Source: Escherichia coli (GTDB lineage: Bacteria > Pseudomonadota > Gammaproteobacteria > Enterobacterales > Enterobacteriaceae). Taken from it: a stretch of 64,000 bases of DNA. Numbering within the stretch: position 1 is the first letter of the stretch; the number at the start of each line of letters is the position of its first letter. The notes under the pieces were generated by a model. That model was not told the DNA's origin. It saw only the letters and a list, made by a program, of their open reading frames with translations, and ran no database searches. Below are positions 1 through 18,313 of the stretch, in pieces. The stretch is from NCBI RefSeq assembly GCF_003334355.1, contig NZ_QOWP01000006.1. One strand, 5' to 3'. The translations under genes and the position numbers were made by a program.

Positions 1-17
1 GCGTTATGCTGCGTAAA

Positions 18-1325
<1,308 letters not shown>

Positions 1326-1584
1326 TCAAAAAATCACAGTGCTCGGTCAACTCTTACCCCGCAAGCACAGGTTGTTGGCTTCGCGGAACCGGGATGTTCT
1401 TATAATCAATCACATTCCCTGTTACCAGAATCATCCCGAAAGCATTCAAATAGGACGCGGCATTATAGCGGCATCACTTTTATGAGTCGAGAACGGTTAT
1501 TGCGCGCTGTCGCGTATTTTTTCACAATTCCCGGGCAATTTTCGTCTGAATGCTGGGCAAAAAGCGCAAAATCCAGACAAAACA

Positions 1585-1606
1585 AAACGGCCCGCAGGCC
1601 GTTTTT
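1585..1606 (-). terminator. intrinsic terminator downstream of bolA (bidirectional hairpin)
   Basis: AACGGCC-CGCA-GGCCGTT stem-loop flanked by T/A runs on both strands. Confidence 0.6.
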
Positions 1607-1659
1607 CATAAAATCTTTAGCAACATACTGGAAAAGCGCCGACAGTTGCAAATGCGTTT

Positions 1660-1977
1660 TTACGCGATGCTTCCTGCTCCACGACAGGGAGGAGAGGCAA
1701 AGACGGTGTCCTGCAACCCTTCCCACTCCTTAATAGTGTAAGTATGCAGAGCCAGCGCATGAACGGTAGTAGAGAGTTCCTCCGCTAAAGTACTGTAAAT
1801 CATTCGATGACGATTCAGAAAACGTTCACCCGTAAAACGATCGCTGACCAGCACAACTTTAAAATGGCTTTCAGAGCCGGCTGGGACATTGTGACGATAG
1901 CTTTCATCCACTACTTCGAGGAATACGGGTTGGAACGCCGCCCTTAATTTTTCTTCTATCCGCTCACGTATCATCAT
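1660..1977 (-). CDS. bolA: BolA morphogene/stress transcriptional regulator
   Basis: ORF track 1660..2010; start chosen at internal ATG-ATG giving 105 aa [11 protein letters not shown]...; matches BolA. Confidence 0.9.
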
Positions 1978-2281
1978 GAAATATCTCCTCCGACAACGCT
2001 GAGATGTCATCCATCCCTTTAAATACTAGCCGCTTTTACCGTTTCCATTGCAGCTTAACAACAAATATTTAGGTTTCGTCCTGGTTTTTCCGTCAAGCGT
2101 ATGAAGTTTACTGATTTAAAGATTGAAACACAGGCCTCGCATCAGTGTTTCTTTTACCAGGGGCGATTATTTCGTCAACATGATGAATTTACATGCCTTA
2201 CCCACTTCCCCTCGCCGTTGGCAATGTTATGATGGCGGGAATTTTTACCAAACACGCTTAAGAGTCTCTGAGAGCCCGAAC

Positions 2282-2860
2282 ATGTTCAAAAAAATCCTCT
2301 TCCCGTTAGTTGCTCTGTTTATGCTTGCAGGATGCGCAAAACCGCCAACAACTATTGAAGTTTCCCCGACGATTACACTGCCACAGCAGGATCCAAGCCT
2401 GATGGGCATCACCGTAAGCATTAATGGTGCCGATCAGCGTACCGATCAGGCGCTGGCAAAAGTCACCCGCGATAATCAAATCGTTACCCTGACCGCCTCC
2501 CGCGATCTGCGTTTCCTGCTGCAAGAAGTGCTGGAAAAACAGATGACCGCGCGTGGTTACATGGTTGGTCCGAATGGCCCGGTTAATCTGCAAATCATCG
2601 TTAGCCAACTGTATGCTGACGTGTCCCAGGGCAACGTGCGCTACAACATCGCGACCAAAGCGGATATCGCCATCATCGCTACCGCGCAGAATGGCAACAA
2701 AATGACCAAAAACTATCGTGCCAGCTACAACGTTGAAGGTGCGTTCCAGGCCTCCAACAAAAATATCGCCGATGCGGTTAACAGTGTGCTGACCGATACC
2801 ATCGCTGATATGTCTCAGGACACCAGCATCCACGAATTCATCAAGCAGAACGCGCGTTAA
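2282..2860 (+). CDS. yajG: lipoprotein YajG
   Basis: Internal ATG at 2282 gives 192 aa MFKKILFPLVALFMLAGC (lipobox LAGC); immediately upstream of ampG. Confidence 0.88.
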   Translation: MFKKILFPLVALFMLAGCAKPPTTIEVSPTITLPQQDPSLMGITVSINGADQRTDQALAKVTRDNQIVTLTASRDLRFLLQEVLEKQMTARGYMVGPNGPVNLQIIVSQLYADVSQGNVRYNIATKADIAIIATAQNGNKMTKNYRASYNVEGAFQASNKNIADAVNSVLTDTIADMSQDTSIHEFIKQNAR

Positions 2861-2903
2861 TTTCTGCCCTCTGGCCCGGTGCAAGCCGGGCCTGTAGACG
2901 CCC

Positions 2904-4379
2904 ATGTCCAGTCAATATTTACGTATTTTTCAACAGCCGCGTTCAGCCATATTGCTGATCCTGGGTTTTGCTTCCGGGCTACCGCTCGCCCTGACATCCG
3001 GCACCTTACAGGCCTGGATGACGGTCGAGAATATCGATCTCAAAACCATTGGTTTCTTCTCTCTGGTAGGCCAGGCTTACGTTTTTAAATTCCTCTGGTC
3101 ACCGCTGATGGACCGCTACACGCCCCCATTTTTTGGGCGGCGGCGCGGTTGGCTGCTCGCCACGCAAATCCTGTTATTAGTCGCCATTGCGGCGATGGGT
3201 TTTCTCGAACCAGGCACCCAACTCCGCTGGATGGCGGCGCTGGCGGTGGTGATCGCTTTTTGCTCTGCCTCCCAGGATATTGTCTTCGATGCGTGGAAAA
3301 CCGATGTGCTCCCGGCAGAAGAACGTGGTGCGGGCGCGGCAATCAGCGTTCTGGGTTACCGTTTAGGGATGCTGGTTTCCGGCGGCCTAGCCCTGTGGCT
3401 GGCAGATAAATGGCTGGGCTGGCAGGGCATGTACTGGTTGATGGCGGCGCTGTTGATCCCCTGTATTATCGCGACGTTGCTTGCACCAGAACCAACCGAC
3501 ACCATTCCTGTGCCCAAAACGCTGGAACAAGCGGTTGTTGCACCTCTGCGAGATTTCTTTGGTCGCAATAATGCCTGGCTTATTTTGCTTCTTATCGTGC
3601 TGTATAAGCTGGGCGACGCATTCGCCATGAGCCTGACAACCACGTTTTTGATTCGCGGCGTCGGGTTTGATGCGGGTGAAGTAGGCGTGGTAAACAAAAC
3701 GCTTGGCTTACTAGCAACCATTGTTGGCGCATTGTACGGTGGGATTTTGATGCAGCGCCTGTCACTGTTCCGGGCACTGCTGATTTTCGGCATTTTACAA
3801 GGTGCGTCTAACGCTGGTTACTGGCTGCTGTCGATTACTGATAAGCATCTCTACAGCATGGGCGCAGCCGTCTTTTTCGAAAACCTCTGTGGCGGGATGG
3901 GTACATCAGCCTTTGTCGCGCTGTTAATGACGCTGTGTAATAAGTCATTTTCCGCTACTCAATTTGCCCTGCTCTCAGCGCTTTCCGCTGTAGGGCGAGT
4001 TTATGTCGGCCCCGTGGCGGGTTGGTTTGTTGAAGCACACGGCTGGTCGACATTCTATCTATTCTCCGTCGCCGCTGCCGTACCAGGGCTTATTTTGCTG
4101 CTGATTTGCCGCCAGACGCTTGAATATACACGAGTAAATGACAACTTTATCTCCCGTACCGCATATCCGGCAGGTTATGCCTTTGCCATGTGGACACTGG
4201 CGGCGGGCGTCAGCCTGTTGGCCGTGTGGTTACTGCTGTTGACGATGGACGCGCTGGATTTGACGCACTTCTCTTTCCTGCCTGCTCTGCTGGAAGTCGG
4301 GGTTTTAGTCGCCCTTTCTGGCGTCGTGCTTGGTGGTTTGCTGGATTATCTGGCGCTACGAAAAACGCATCTGACGTAA
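2904..4379 (+). CDS. ampG: muropeptide (anhydromuropeptide) permease AmpG, MFS
   Basis: 491-aa polytopic membrane ORF MSSQYLRIFQQPRSAILLILGFASGLPLAL; recognised as AmpG. Confidence 0.95.
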   Translation: MSSQYLRIFQQPRSAILLILGFASGLPLALTSGTLQAWMTVENIDLKTIGFFSLVGQAYVFKFLWSPLMDRYTPPFFGRRRGWLLATQILLLVAIAAMGFLEPGTQLRWMAALAVVIAFCSASQDIVFDAWKTDVLPAEERGAGAAISVLGYRLGMLVSGGLALWLADKWLGWQGMYWLMAALLIPCIIATLLAPEPTDTIPVPKTLEQAVVAPLRDFFGRNNAWLILLLIVLYKLGDAFAMSLTTTFLIRGVGFDAGEVGVVNKTLGLLATIVGALYGGILMQRLSLFRALLIFGILQGASNAGYWLLSITDKHLYSMGAAVFFENLCGGMGTSAFVALLMTLCNKSFSATQFALLSALSAVGRVYVGPVAGWFVEAHGWSTFYLFSVAAAVPGLILLLICRQTLEYTRVNDNFISRTAYPAGYAFAMWTLAAGVSLLAVWLLLLTMDALDLTHFSFLPALLEVGVLVALSGVVLGGLLDYLALRKTHLT

Positions 4380-4838
4380 TCTGTAAATATTATTTAGCTG
4401 TAGTAATCACTCGCCGTAATTATTACAGCTAAATAAACATCAGCATCGCTTATTAATATTTGTTCTTTTGTGCGGCTTAGCGTTTGGAAATTATTGACGC
4501 CATTTATAAATTCTATTTTTCTTACACGATTCAGCTAATGAGTCTTTATTTTCTCATCACCCAGTTGTTACTCCAATGATAATTATTTGTTAAATAATTG
4601 TTTTATTTCGCATTGGTTATACCAATTGCCCGCCCAGACTCCTTCTGCACTCCCCTTTTGTTATAACGCCCTTTTGCAACAGCTTCTTAAAATTAACCTG
4701 ATATGTTTTGCAACATATGCGACCTGACAGCCAAATTCAAGTAACAGGAATTTAATCATGTTTACAGTAATGTAACCTTCCCGTAAAATGCCCACACACT
4801 TTAAACGCCACCAGATCCCGTGGAATTGAGGTCGTTAA

Positions 4839-5786
<948 letters not shown>

Positions 5787-5795
5787 AGGGGTTGA

Positions 5796-8732
<2,937 letters not shown>

Positions 8733-8743
8733 GAGCGGCGGTT

Positions 8744-9634
8744 ATGATGTTTAAGCAATACCTGCAAGTAACGAAACCAGGCATCATCTTTGGCAACCTG
8801 ATCTCGGTGATTGGGGGATTCCTGCTGGCCTCAAAGGGCAGCATTGATTATCCCCTGTTTATCTACACGCTGGTTGGGGTGTCACTGGTTGTGGCGTCGG
8901 GTTGTGTGTTTAACAACTACATCGACAGGGATATCGACAGAAAGATGGAAAGGACGAAGAATCGGGTGCTGGTTAAAGGCCTGATCTCTCCTGCTGTCTC
9001 GCTGGTGTACGCCACCTTGCTGGGTATTGCTGGCTTTATGCTGCTGTGGTTTGGCGCGAATCCGCTGGCCTGCTGGCTGGGGGTGATGGGCTTTGTGGTT
9101 TATGTCGGCGTCTATAGCCTGTACATGAAACGCCACTCAGTCTACGGCACATTGATTGGTTCGCTCTCCGGCGCTGCGCCGCCGGTGATTGGCTACTGTG
9201 CAGTAACCGGCGAGTTCGATAGCGGCGCAGCGATCCTGCTGGCTATCTTCAGCCTGTGGCAGATGCCTCACTCCTATGCCATCGCCATTTTCCGCTTTAA
9301 GGATTACCAGGCGGCAAACATTCCGGTATTGCCAGTGGTAAAAGGCATTTCGGTGGCGAAGAATCACATCACGCTGTATATCATCGCCTTTGCCGTTGCC
9401 ACGCTGATGCTCTCTCTTGGCGGTTACGCTGGATATAAATATCTGGTGGTCGCCGCGGCGGTTAGCGTCTGGTGGTTAGGTATGGCTCTGCGCGGTTATA
9501 AAGTTGCTGATGACAGAATCTGGGCGCGCAAGCTGTTCGGCTTCTCTATCATCGCCATCACTGCCCTCTCGGTGATGATGTCCGTTGATTTTATGGTACC
9601 GGACTCGCATACGCTGCTGGCTGCTGTGTGGTAA
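8744..9634 (+). CDS. cyoE: heme O synthase (protoheme IX farnesyltransferase)
   Basis: Internal ATG at 8744 gives 296 aa [19 protein letters not shown]; polytopic prenyltransferase. Confidence 0.92.
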
Positions 9635-9782
9635 CAAAACCTCTCAGTTAAAAAGGTGCTACGGCACCTTTTTTCTTAGCATTAGAAACATATCCCTCTC
9701 GAAATATTTACTAAAAAATCCGCATGTTTACCCCATTCGTTTGCCGCTTTACACTAGTCGCGAATTTAAAACAGAGGTGGTA

Positions 9783-11147
9783 ATGAACGATTATAAAATG
9801 ACGCCAGGTGAGCGGCGCGCGACCTGGGGTTTAGGAACCGTTTTCTCGTTGCGCATGCTGGGCATGTTTATGGTTCTGCCGGTTCTGACCACGTATGGCA
9901 TGGCTCTGCAAGGTGCCAGCGAAGCATTAATCGGTATTGCCATTGGTATTTATGGTCTGACTCAGGCCGTTTTTCAGATTCCGTTTGGCCTGCTTTCCGA
10001 CCGCATTGGTCGCAAACCATTAATTGTCGGTGGGCTGGCGGTGTTTGCCGCCGGTAGCGTTATCGCTGCGCTTTCTGACTCCATCTGGGGAATTATTCTG
10101 GGCCGGGCGCTACAAGGCTCCGGTGCGATTGCCGCTGCCGTTATGGCGCTGCTTTCCGATCTCACGCGCGAACAAAACCGTACCAAAGCAATGGCGTTTA
10201 TCGGCGTGAGCTTTGGCATTACCTTTGCCATTGCGATGGTGCTTGGCCCGATCATCACTCACAAACTTGGGCTGCACGCGCTGTTCTGGATGATCGCTAT
10301 TCTGGCAACGACCGGCATTGCGTTGACCATTTGGGTTGTGCCCAACAGTAGCACTCACGTACTTAATCGTGAGTCCGGAATGGTGAAAGGCAGTTTCAGT
10401 AAAGTGCTGGCGGAACCGCGGCTGCTGAAACTCAACTTTGGCATTATGTGTCTGCATATTTTGCTGATGTCGACGTTTGTTGCCCTGCCCGGACAACTGG
10501 CTGATGCAGGGTTCCCGGCGGCTGAACACTGGAAGGTCTATCTGGCGACAATGCTAATCGCCTTTGGCTCGGTCGTGCCTTTCATTATCTACGCTGAAGT
10601 TAAGCGCAAAATGAAGCAAGTCTTTGTCTTCTGCGTCGGGTTGATCGTGGTTGCGGAAATTGTGTTGTGGAACGCGCAAACGCAGTTCTGGCAACTGGTG
10701 GTCGGCGTGCAGCTTTTCTTTGTGGCGTTTAATTTGATGGAAGCCCTCCTGCCCTCACTTATCAGTAAAGAGTCGCCAGCAGGTTACAAAGGTACGGCGA
10801 TGGGTGTTTACTCCACCAGCCAGTTTCTTGGCGTGGCGATTGGCGGTTCGCTGGGCGGCTGGATTAACGGCATGTTTGACGGTCAGGGGGTATTTCTCGC
10901 TGGCGCAATGCTGGCCGCAGTGTGGCTGACAGTCGCCAGTACCATGAAAGAACCGCCGTATGTCAGCAGTTTGCGCATTGAAATCCCGGCGAACATTGCC
11001 GCAAACGAGGCGTTAAAAGTGCGTTTGCTAGAAACTGAAGGCATCAAAGAAGTGTTGATTGCAGAAGAAGAACATTCAGCTTATGTGAAAATCGACAGCA
11101 AAGTGACGAATCGCTTTGAGATAGAACAGGCAATTCGTCAGGCATAA
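9783..11147 (+). CDS. yajR: MFS transporter YajR
   Basis: Internal ATG at 9783 gives 454 aa MNDYKMTPGERRATWGLGTVFSL; 12-TM MFS with C-terminal soluble domain. Confidence 0.88.
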   Translation: MNDYKMTPGERRATWGLGTVFSLRMLGMFMVLPVLTTYGMALQGASEALIGIAIGIYGLTQAVFQIPFGLLSDRIGRKPLIVGGLAVFAAGSVIAALSDSIWGIILGRALQGSGAIAAAVMALLSDLTREQNRTKAMAFIGVSFGITFAIAMVLGPIITHKLGLHALFWMIAILATTGIALTIWVVPNSSTHVLNRESGMVKGSFSKVLAEPRLLKLNFGIMCLHILLMSTFVALPGQLADAGFPAAEHWKVYLATMLIAFGSVVPFIIYAEVKRKMKQVFVFCVGLIVVAEIVLWNAQTQFWQLVVGVQLFFVAFNLMEALLPSLISKESPAGYKGTAMGVYSTSQFLGVAIGGSLGGWINGMFDGQGVFLAGAMLAAVWLTVASTMKEPPYVSSLRIEIPANIAANEALKVRLLETEGIKEVLIAEEEHSAYVKIDSKVTNRFEIEQAIRQA

Positions 11148-11162
11148 AAAACGCGGCGAATT

Positions 11163-11250
11163 GCCTGCTGCGCTACGCTTATCAGGCCTACAAAGTTTCT
11201 GAATTACAAACCTTTGTAGGCCGAATCAGGCGTTCATGCCGCATCTGACA
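11163..11250. repeat. REP/BIME palindromic elements (yajR-yajQ convergent junction)
   Basis: GCCTGCTGCGCTACGCTTATCAGGCCTAC and GTAGGCCGAATCAGGCG...ATGCCGCATCTGACA motifs. Confidence 0.8.
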
Positions 11251-11274
11251 TGAACAAAACGCACATAGTCGCGA

Positions 11275-11766
11275 TTAATCGCGGAAGTTTTTGAACTGGA
11301 ACGGCTGACCGAGATCGCCACCACGTACCATCGCCATGACAGCCTGCAAATCATCACGAGATTTGCCCGTTACGCGGATTTCATCGCCCTGAATTTGCGC
11401 CTGCACTTTCAGTTTGCTGTCTTTGATCATCTTGACGATTTTCTTCTGGGTCGCGCTCTCAATGCCCTGTTTCAGTTTCGCTTCCACAAACCAGGTTTTA
11501 CCGCTATGAACGATATTCTCCGGTACATCCAGCGAACTGCCTTCAATGCCGCGCTTCAGCAGCTTGGCACGCAGAATATCCAGCAACTGATTGACCTGGA
11601 AATCGGACTCGCTCAACACTTTGATGGTTTTGCTGGCGTCGTTCAGCTCAAATGAGGCTTCAACGTTACGGAAGTCAAAACGGGACTCCACTTCGCGGCT
11701 CGCGTTATCGACCGCGTTACGTGCTTCCTGAAGATCAACTTCAGAGACAATATCGAAAGATGGCAT
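11275..11766 (-). CDS. yajQ: nucleotide-binding protein YajQ (UPF0234)
   Basis: Internal ATG at 11766 gives 163 aa [22 protein letters not shown]. Confidence 0.9.
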
Positions 11767-11933
11767 CTTTTCCTCTCCCTTCATTTTTGATGCGAAGCAT
11801 AATACCCGCAAAGTTAAATAACCGACAGTCCTGCACCAGGACGTATCCCTTAATTGTGCATAGTCGCAACAGCATGCACAATTAAGAGATAGCCTTATTG
11901 AACACCCGGAGTGGTTGCGGGTGAGGAGGAACA

Positions 11934-13398
<1,465 letters not shown>

Positions 13399-13440
13399 TG
13401 TCGGATGCGGCAAACGTCGCATCTGACCAGATGCGACGTA
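13399..13440. repeat. REP-like palindrome (yajL-thiI convergent junction)
   Basis: GTCGGATGCGGCAAACGTCGCATCTGACC. Confidence 0.65.
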
Positions 13441-13451
13441 AAAACCACAAA

Positions 13452-14900
13452 TTACGGGCGATATACCTTCACATTGTTAAAGCCCTGCTCGCGCAGATAG
13501 AGCGCCTGCAGACGGCTCATCACCCCGCGCTCACACCACAGCAGCCAAGTTTTGTTCTGGTCGAGATCGCCAAATTTGGTGCTCAGTTTATAGAACGGCA
13601 GAGAAACCACATCAATCCCTTCGACTTTCAGTGGCTTATCTTCCTGTTCATCGATAGAACGGATATCGAGGATCACGTCGTTCGGGCCGAAGCCATTGAC
13701 GGTTTCCACTTCCACCACTTCCTGCTCGGTCTGCTGGGCGATTTCGCGGATATCAACGTTATTCGCCTCCTCAACCACTTTATCGAGAATGCTGAAGTCG
13801 AACTTCTCTTCTTCCGCTTCAATCTTCGATTTAACCGCTTTCACCGTCGGGCTTTTGGAGATCACGCCACAATATTCCGGCATCGTGCGAGCAAAGTCTT
13901 CAGTGCCAATCTGGCGGGCCAGGTTGATGATGTGCTCTTTGTCGTAAGAAATCAGCGGACGCAGGATCAGCGTATCAGAGACGTTATCAATCAGGCGCAG
14001 GTTGGTCAGCGTCTGACTGGACACCTGGCCGAGCGCTTCGCCGGTGACCAGCGCCTGTACGCCGTAACGTTCAGCCACTTTAGACGCGGCACGCACCATC
14101 ATACGTTTGAGGATAACGCCCATCTGACCGTCGTCGATTTTCTCGAGAATTTCCCCGACGACCGGTTCGAAATTAATAGCGACAAAACGCACGCGGTGGG
14201 AGCTGCCAAAACGATTCCACAGATAATGCGCCACCTGACGCACGCCAATTTCATGCGCCGCGCCGCCGAGGTTAAAGAAGCAGTAATGCACGCGGCAGCC
14301 GCGACGCATCAACATATAACTGGAAACACCGGAGTCGAAACCACCGGAAATGAGCGACAGCACATCTTCCTGGGTGCCGATCGGGAAACCGCCAATACCT
14401 TCGTAGCGGCCTTTAATCAGCAGGAGACGATCGTCTTCCACTTCCAGATGGACAGTCACTTCCGGATTGGTCAGCTTCACGCGCGCGGACTCAATATGCT
14501 GATTTAAACCGCCGCCGACGTAACGTTCCACATCAATCGAGCTAAAATCATGTTTGCCACGGCGCTTCACGCGTACGCAGAAGGTTTTGCCTTCCAGCTG
14601 ATCGCGATACTGAACCAACGCTTTCTCGAAAATATCGTGCATGTCGGTAAACGGCACGTCTTCGACTTCGAGAATATGGTGGATACCCGGAATACGGGTC
14701 AGGGCGTCGCGAATAGCCAGACGCTGGTTTTCATCTTTTGCGCGAACTTCGATGTTATCCCAGTGGCGGACGACAGCGAGCGTCTCATCATAGTGCTTTA
14801 AAACGTTACGAATGTTCCCGGTAAGGATTTTTATAAAGCGCAAGCGCACAGATTGGCTTTTGATGGTGATTTCCGGGAACAATTTAATGATAAACTTCAT
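13452..14900 (-). CDS. thiI: tRNA 4-thiouridine synthase / thiazole sulfur carrier
   Basis: 482 aa [22 protein letters not shown] with PP-loop SGGFDS and C-terminal rhodanese domain. Confidence 0.95.
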   Translation of the reverse strand: MKFIIKLFPEITIKSQSVRLRFIKILTGNIRNVLKHYDETLAVVRHWDNIEVRAKDENQRLAIRDALTRIPGIHHILEVEDVPFTDMHDIFEKALVQYRDQLEGKTFCVRVKRRGKHDFSSIDVERYVGGGLNQHIESARVKLTNPEVTVHLEVEDDRLLLIKGRYEGIGGFPIGTQEDVLSLISGGFDSGVSSYMLMRRGCRVHYCFFNLGGAAHEIGVRQVAHYLWNRFGSSHRVRFVAINFEPVVGEILEKIDDGQMGVILKRMMVRAASKVAERYGVQALVTGEALGQVSSQTLTNLRLIDNVSDTLILRPLISYDKEHIINLARQIGTEDFARTMPEYCGVISKSPTVKAVKSKIEAEEEKFDFSILDKVVEEANNVDIREIAQQTEQEVVEVETVNGFGPNDVILDIRSIDEQEDKPLKVEGIDVVSLPFYKLSTKFGDLDQNKTWLLWCERGVMSRLQALYLREQGFNNVKVYRP

Positions 14901-15105
14901 GGCGGCAATGGTTCGTTGGCAAGCCTTAAGCGACTTGTATAGGGAAAAATACAGCAGCCCACACCTGCGGCTGCATCCAGGCGCGGAAGTATACCACTAA
15001 CATCGCTTTGCTGCGCACATCACCTTACCATTGCGCGTTATTTGCTATTTGCCCTGAGTCCGTTACCATGACGGGGCGAAAAATATTGAGAGTCAGACAT
15101 TCATT

Positions 15106-15348
15106 ATGCCGAAGAAAAATGAGGCTCCCGCCAGCTTTGAAAAGGCGCTGAGCGAGCTGGAACAGATTGTAACCCGTCTGGAAAGTGGCGACCTGCCGCT
15201 GGAAGAGGCGCTGAACGAGTTCGAACGCGGCGTGCAGCTGGCACGTCAGGGGCAGGCCAAATTACAACAAGCTGAACAGCGCGTACAAATTCTGCTGTCT
15301 GACAATGAAGACGCCTCTCTAACCCCTTTTACACCGGACAATGAGTAA
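15106..15348 (+). CDS. xseB: exodeoxyribonuclease VII small subunit
   Basis: 80 aa [22 protein letters not shown]; stop overlaps ispA start (TAATG). Confidence 0.93.
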
Positions 15349-16247
15349 TGGACTTTCCGCAGCAACTCGAAGCCTGCGTTAAGCAGGCCAACCAGGCGCT
15401 GAGCCGTTTTATCGCCCCACTGCCCTTTCAGAACACTCCCGTGGTCGAAACCATGCAGTATGGCGCATTATTAGGTGGTAAGCGCCTGCGACCTTTTCTG
15501 GTTTATGCCACCGGTCATATGTTCGGCGTTAGCACAAACACGCTGGACGCACCCGCTGCTGCCGTAGAGTGTATCCACGCTTACTCATTAATTCATGATG
15601 ATTTACCGGCGATGGATGATGACGATCTGCGTCGCGGTTTGCCGACCTGCCATGTGAAGTTTGGCGAAGCGAACGCGATTCTCGCTGGCGACGCTTTACA
15701 AACGCTGGCGTTCTCGATTTTAAGCGATGCTGATATGCCGGAAGTGTCGGATCGCGACAGAATTTCGATGATTTCTGAACTGGCGAGCGCCAGCGGTATT
15801 GCCGGAATGTGTGGTGGTCAGGCGTTGGATTTAGACGCGGAAGGCAAACACGTACCTCTGGACGCGCTTGAGCGTATTCATCGTCATAAAACCGGCGCAT
15901 TGATTCGCGCCGCCGTTCGCCTTGGCGCATTAAGCGCCGGAGATAAAGGGCGTCGTGCTCTGCCAGTACTCGACAAGTACGCAGAGAGCATCGGCCTTGC
16001 CTTCCAGGTTCAGGATGACATCCTGGATGTGGTAGGAGATACTGCAACGTTGGGAAAACGCCAGGGTGCCGACCAGCAACTTGGTAAAAGTACCTACCCT
16101 GCACTTCTGGGTCTTGAGCAAGCCCGGAAGAAAGCCCGGGATCTGATCGACGATGCCCGTCAGTCGCTGAAACAACTGGCTGAACAATCACTCGATACCT
16201 CGGCACTGGAAGCGCTAGCGGACTACATCATCCAGCGTAATAAATAA
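15348..16247 (+). CDS. ispA: farnesyl diphosphate synthase
   Basis: 299 aa with DDxxD motifs (LIHDDLPAMDDDD, FQVQDDILD). Confidence 0.95.
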   Translation: MDFPQQLEACVKQANQALSRFIAPLPFQNTPVVETMQYGALLGGKRLRPFLVYATGHMFGVSTNTLDAPAAAVECIHAYSLIHDDLPAMDDDDLRRGLPTCHVKFGEANAILAGDALQTLAFSILSDADMPEVSDRDRISMISELASASGIAGMCGGQALDLDAEGKHVPLDALERIHRHKTGALIRAAVRLGALSAGDKGRRALPVLDKYAESIGLAFQVQDDILDVVGDTATLGKRQGADQQLGKSTYPALLGLEQARKKARDLIDDARQSLKQLAEQSLDTSALEALADYIIQRNK

Positions 16248-16271
16248 ACAATAAGTATTAATAGGCCCCTG

Positions 16272-18134
16272 ATGAGTTTTGATATTGCCAAATACCCGAC
16301 CCTGGCACTGGTCGACTCCACCCAGGAGTTACGACTGTTGCCGAAAGAGAGTTTACCGAAACTCTGCGACGAACTGCGCCGCTATTTACTCGACAGCGTG
16401 AGCCGTTCCAGCGGGCACTTCGCCTCCGGGCTGGGCACGGTCGAACTGACCGTGGCGCTGCACTATGTCTACAACACCCCGTTTGACCAATTGATTTGGG
16501 ATGTGGGGCATCAGGCTTATCCGCATAAAATTTTGACCGGACGCCGCGACAAAATCGGCACCATCCGTCAGAAAGGCGGCCTGCACCCGTTCCCGTGGCG
16601 CGGCGAAAGCGAATATGACGTATTAAGCGTCGGGCATTCATCAACCTCCATCAGTGCCGGAATTGGTATTGCGGTTGCTGCCGAGAAAGAAGGCAAAAAT
16701 CGCCGTACCGTCTGTGTAATCGGCGATGGCGCGATTACCGCAGGCATGGCGTTTGAAGCGATGAATCACGCGGGCGATATCCGTCCTGATATGCTGGTGG
16801 TCCTCAACGACAACGAAATGTCGATTTCCGAAAATGTCGGCGCGCTCAACAACCATCTGGCGCAGCTGCTTTCCGGTAAGCTTTACTCTTCACTGCGCGA
16901 AGGCGGGAAAAAAGTTTTCTCTGGCGTGCCACCCATTAAAGAGCTACTCAAACGTACCGAAGAACATATTAAAGGCATGGTAGTCCCTGGCACGTTGTTT
17001 GAAGAGCTGGGCTTTAACTACATCGGCCCGGTTGACGGTCACGATGTGCTGGGGCTTATCACCACGCTGAAGAACATGCGTGACCTGAAAGGCCCGCAGT
17101 TCCTGCATATCATGACCAAAAAAGGTCGTGGTTATGAACCGGCAGAAAAAGACCCAATCACTTTCCACGCCGTGCCTAAATTTGATCCCTCCAGCGGTTG
17201 TTTGCCGAAAAGTAGCGGCGGTTTGCCGAGCTATTCAAAAATCTTTGGCGACTGGTTGTGCGAAACGGCAGCGAAAGACAACAAGCTGATGGCGATTACT
17301 CCGGCGATGCGTGAAGGTTCCGGTATGGTCGAGTTTTCTCGTAAATTCCCGGATCGCTATTTTGATGTAGCGATTGCCGAGCAACACGCAGTGACCTTTG
17401 CTGCGGGACTGGCCATTGGTGGATACAAACCCATTGTCGCGATCTACTCCACCTTCCTGCAACGCGCCTATGATCAGGTGCTGCATGACGTGGCAATTCA
17501 AAAACTCCCGGTCCTGTTCGCCATCGACCGCGCGGGCATTGTTGGTGCTGACGGTCAAACCCATCAGGGTGCTTTTGATCTCTCTTACCTGCGCTGCATA
17601 CCGGAAATGGTCATTATGACCCCGAGCGATGAAAACGAATGTCGCCAGATGCTCTATACCGGCTATCACTATAACGATGGCCCGTCAGCGGTGCGCTACC
17701 CGCGTGGCAACGCGGTAGGCGTGGAGCTGACGCCGCTGGAAAAACTGCCAATTGGCAAAGGCATTGTGAAGCGTCGTGGCGAGAAACTGGCGATCCTTAA
17801 CTTTGGTACGCTGATGCCAGACGCGGCGAAAGTCGCTGAATCGCTGAACGCCACGCTGGTCGATATGCGTTTTGTGAAACCGCTTGATGAAGCGTTAATT
17901 CTGGAAATGGCCGCCAGCCATGAAGCGCTGGTCACCGTAGAAGAAAACGCCATTATGGGCGGCGCAGGTAGCGGAGTGAACGAAGTGCTGATGGCCCATC
18001 GTAAACCAGTACCCGTGCTGAACATTGGTCTGCCGGACTTCTTTATTCCGCAAGGAACTCAGGAAGAAATGCGCGCCGAACTCGGCCTCGATGCCGCCGG
18101 TATGGAAGCCAAAATCAAGGCCTGGCTGGCATAA
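16272..18134 (+). CDS. dxs: 1-deoxy-D-xylulose-5-phosphate synthase
   Basis: 620 aa [23 protein letters not shown]; TPP-dependent transketolase-like. Confidence 0.97.
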
Positions 18135-18194
18135 TCCCTACTCCACTCCTGCTATGCTTAACAAATTATTCATAGACTCTAAATAATTCGAGTT

Positions 18195-18300
18195 GCAGGA
18201 AGGCGGCAAACGAGTGAAGCCCCAGGAGCTTACATAAGTAAGTGACTGGGGTGAACGAATGCAGCCGCAGCACATGCAACTTGAAGTATGACGAGTATGG
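18195..18300. repeat. ERIC (enterobacterial repetitive intergenic consensus / IRU) element
   Basis: Contains GTGAAGCCCCAGGAGCTTACAT and AAGTAAGTGACTGGGGTGAACG, each one mismatch from the classical ERIC1R/ERIC2 primer sites; boundaries approximate. Confidence 0.85.
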
Positions 18301-18313
18301 CAGGAGTGGCAGC

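Noticed and set aside
9585-9782. 5' extensions of ORF-track frames (for example yajR from 9585, proC from 50591, yajQ to 11934, mak to 46338, yajO from 18242)
   Set aside because: The extensions run through promoter regions or repeats and lack ribosome-binding sites; internal starts give the conserved N-termini and signal peptides.
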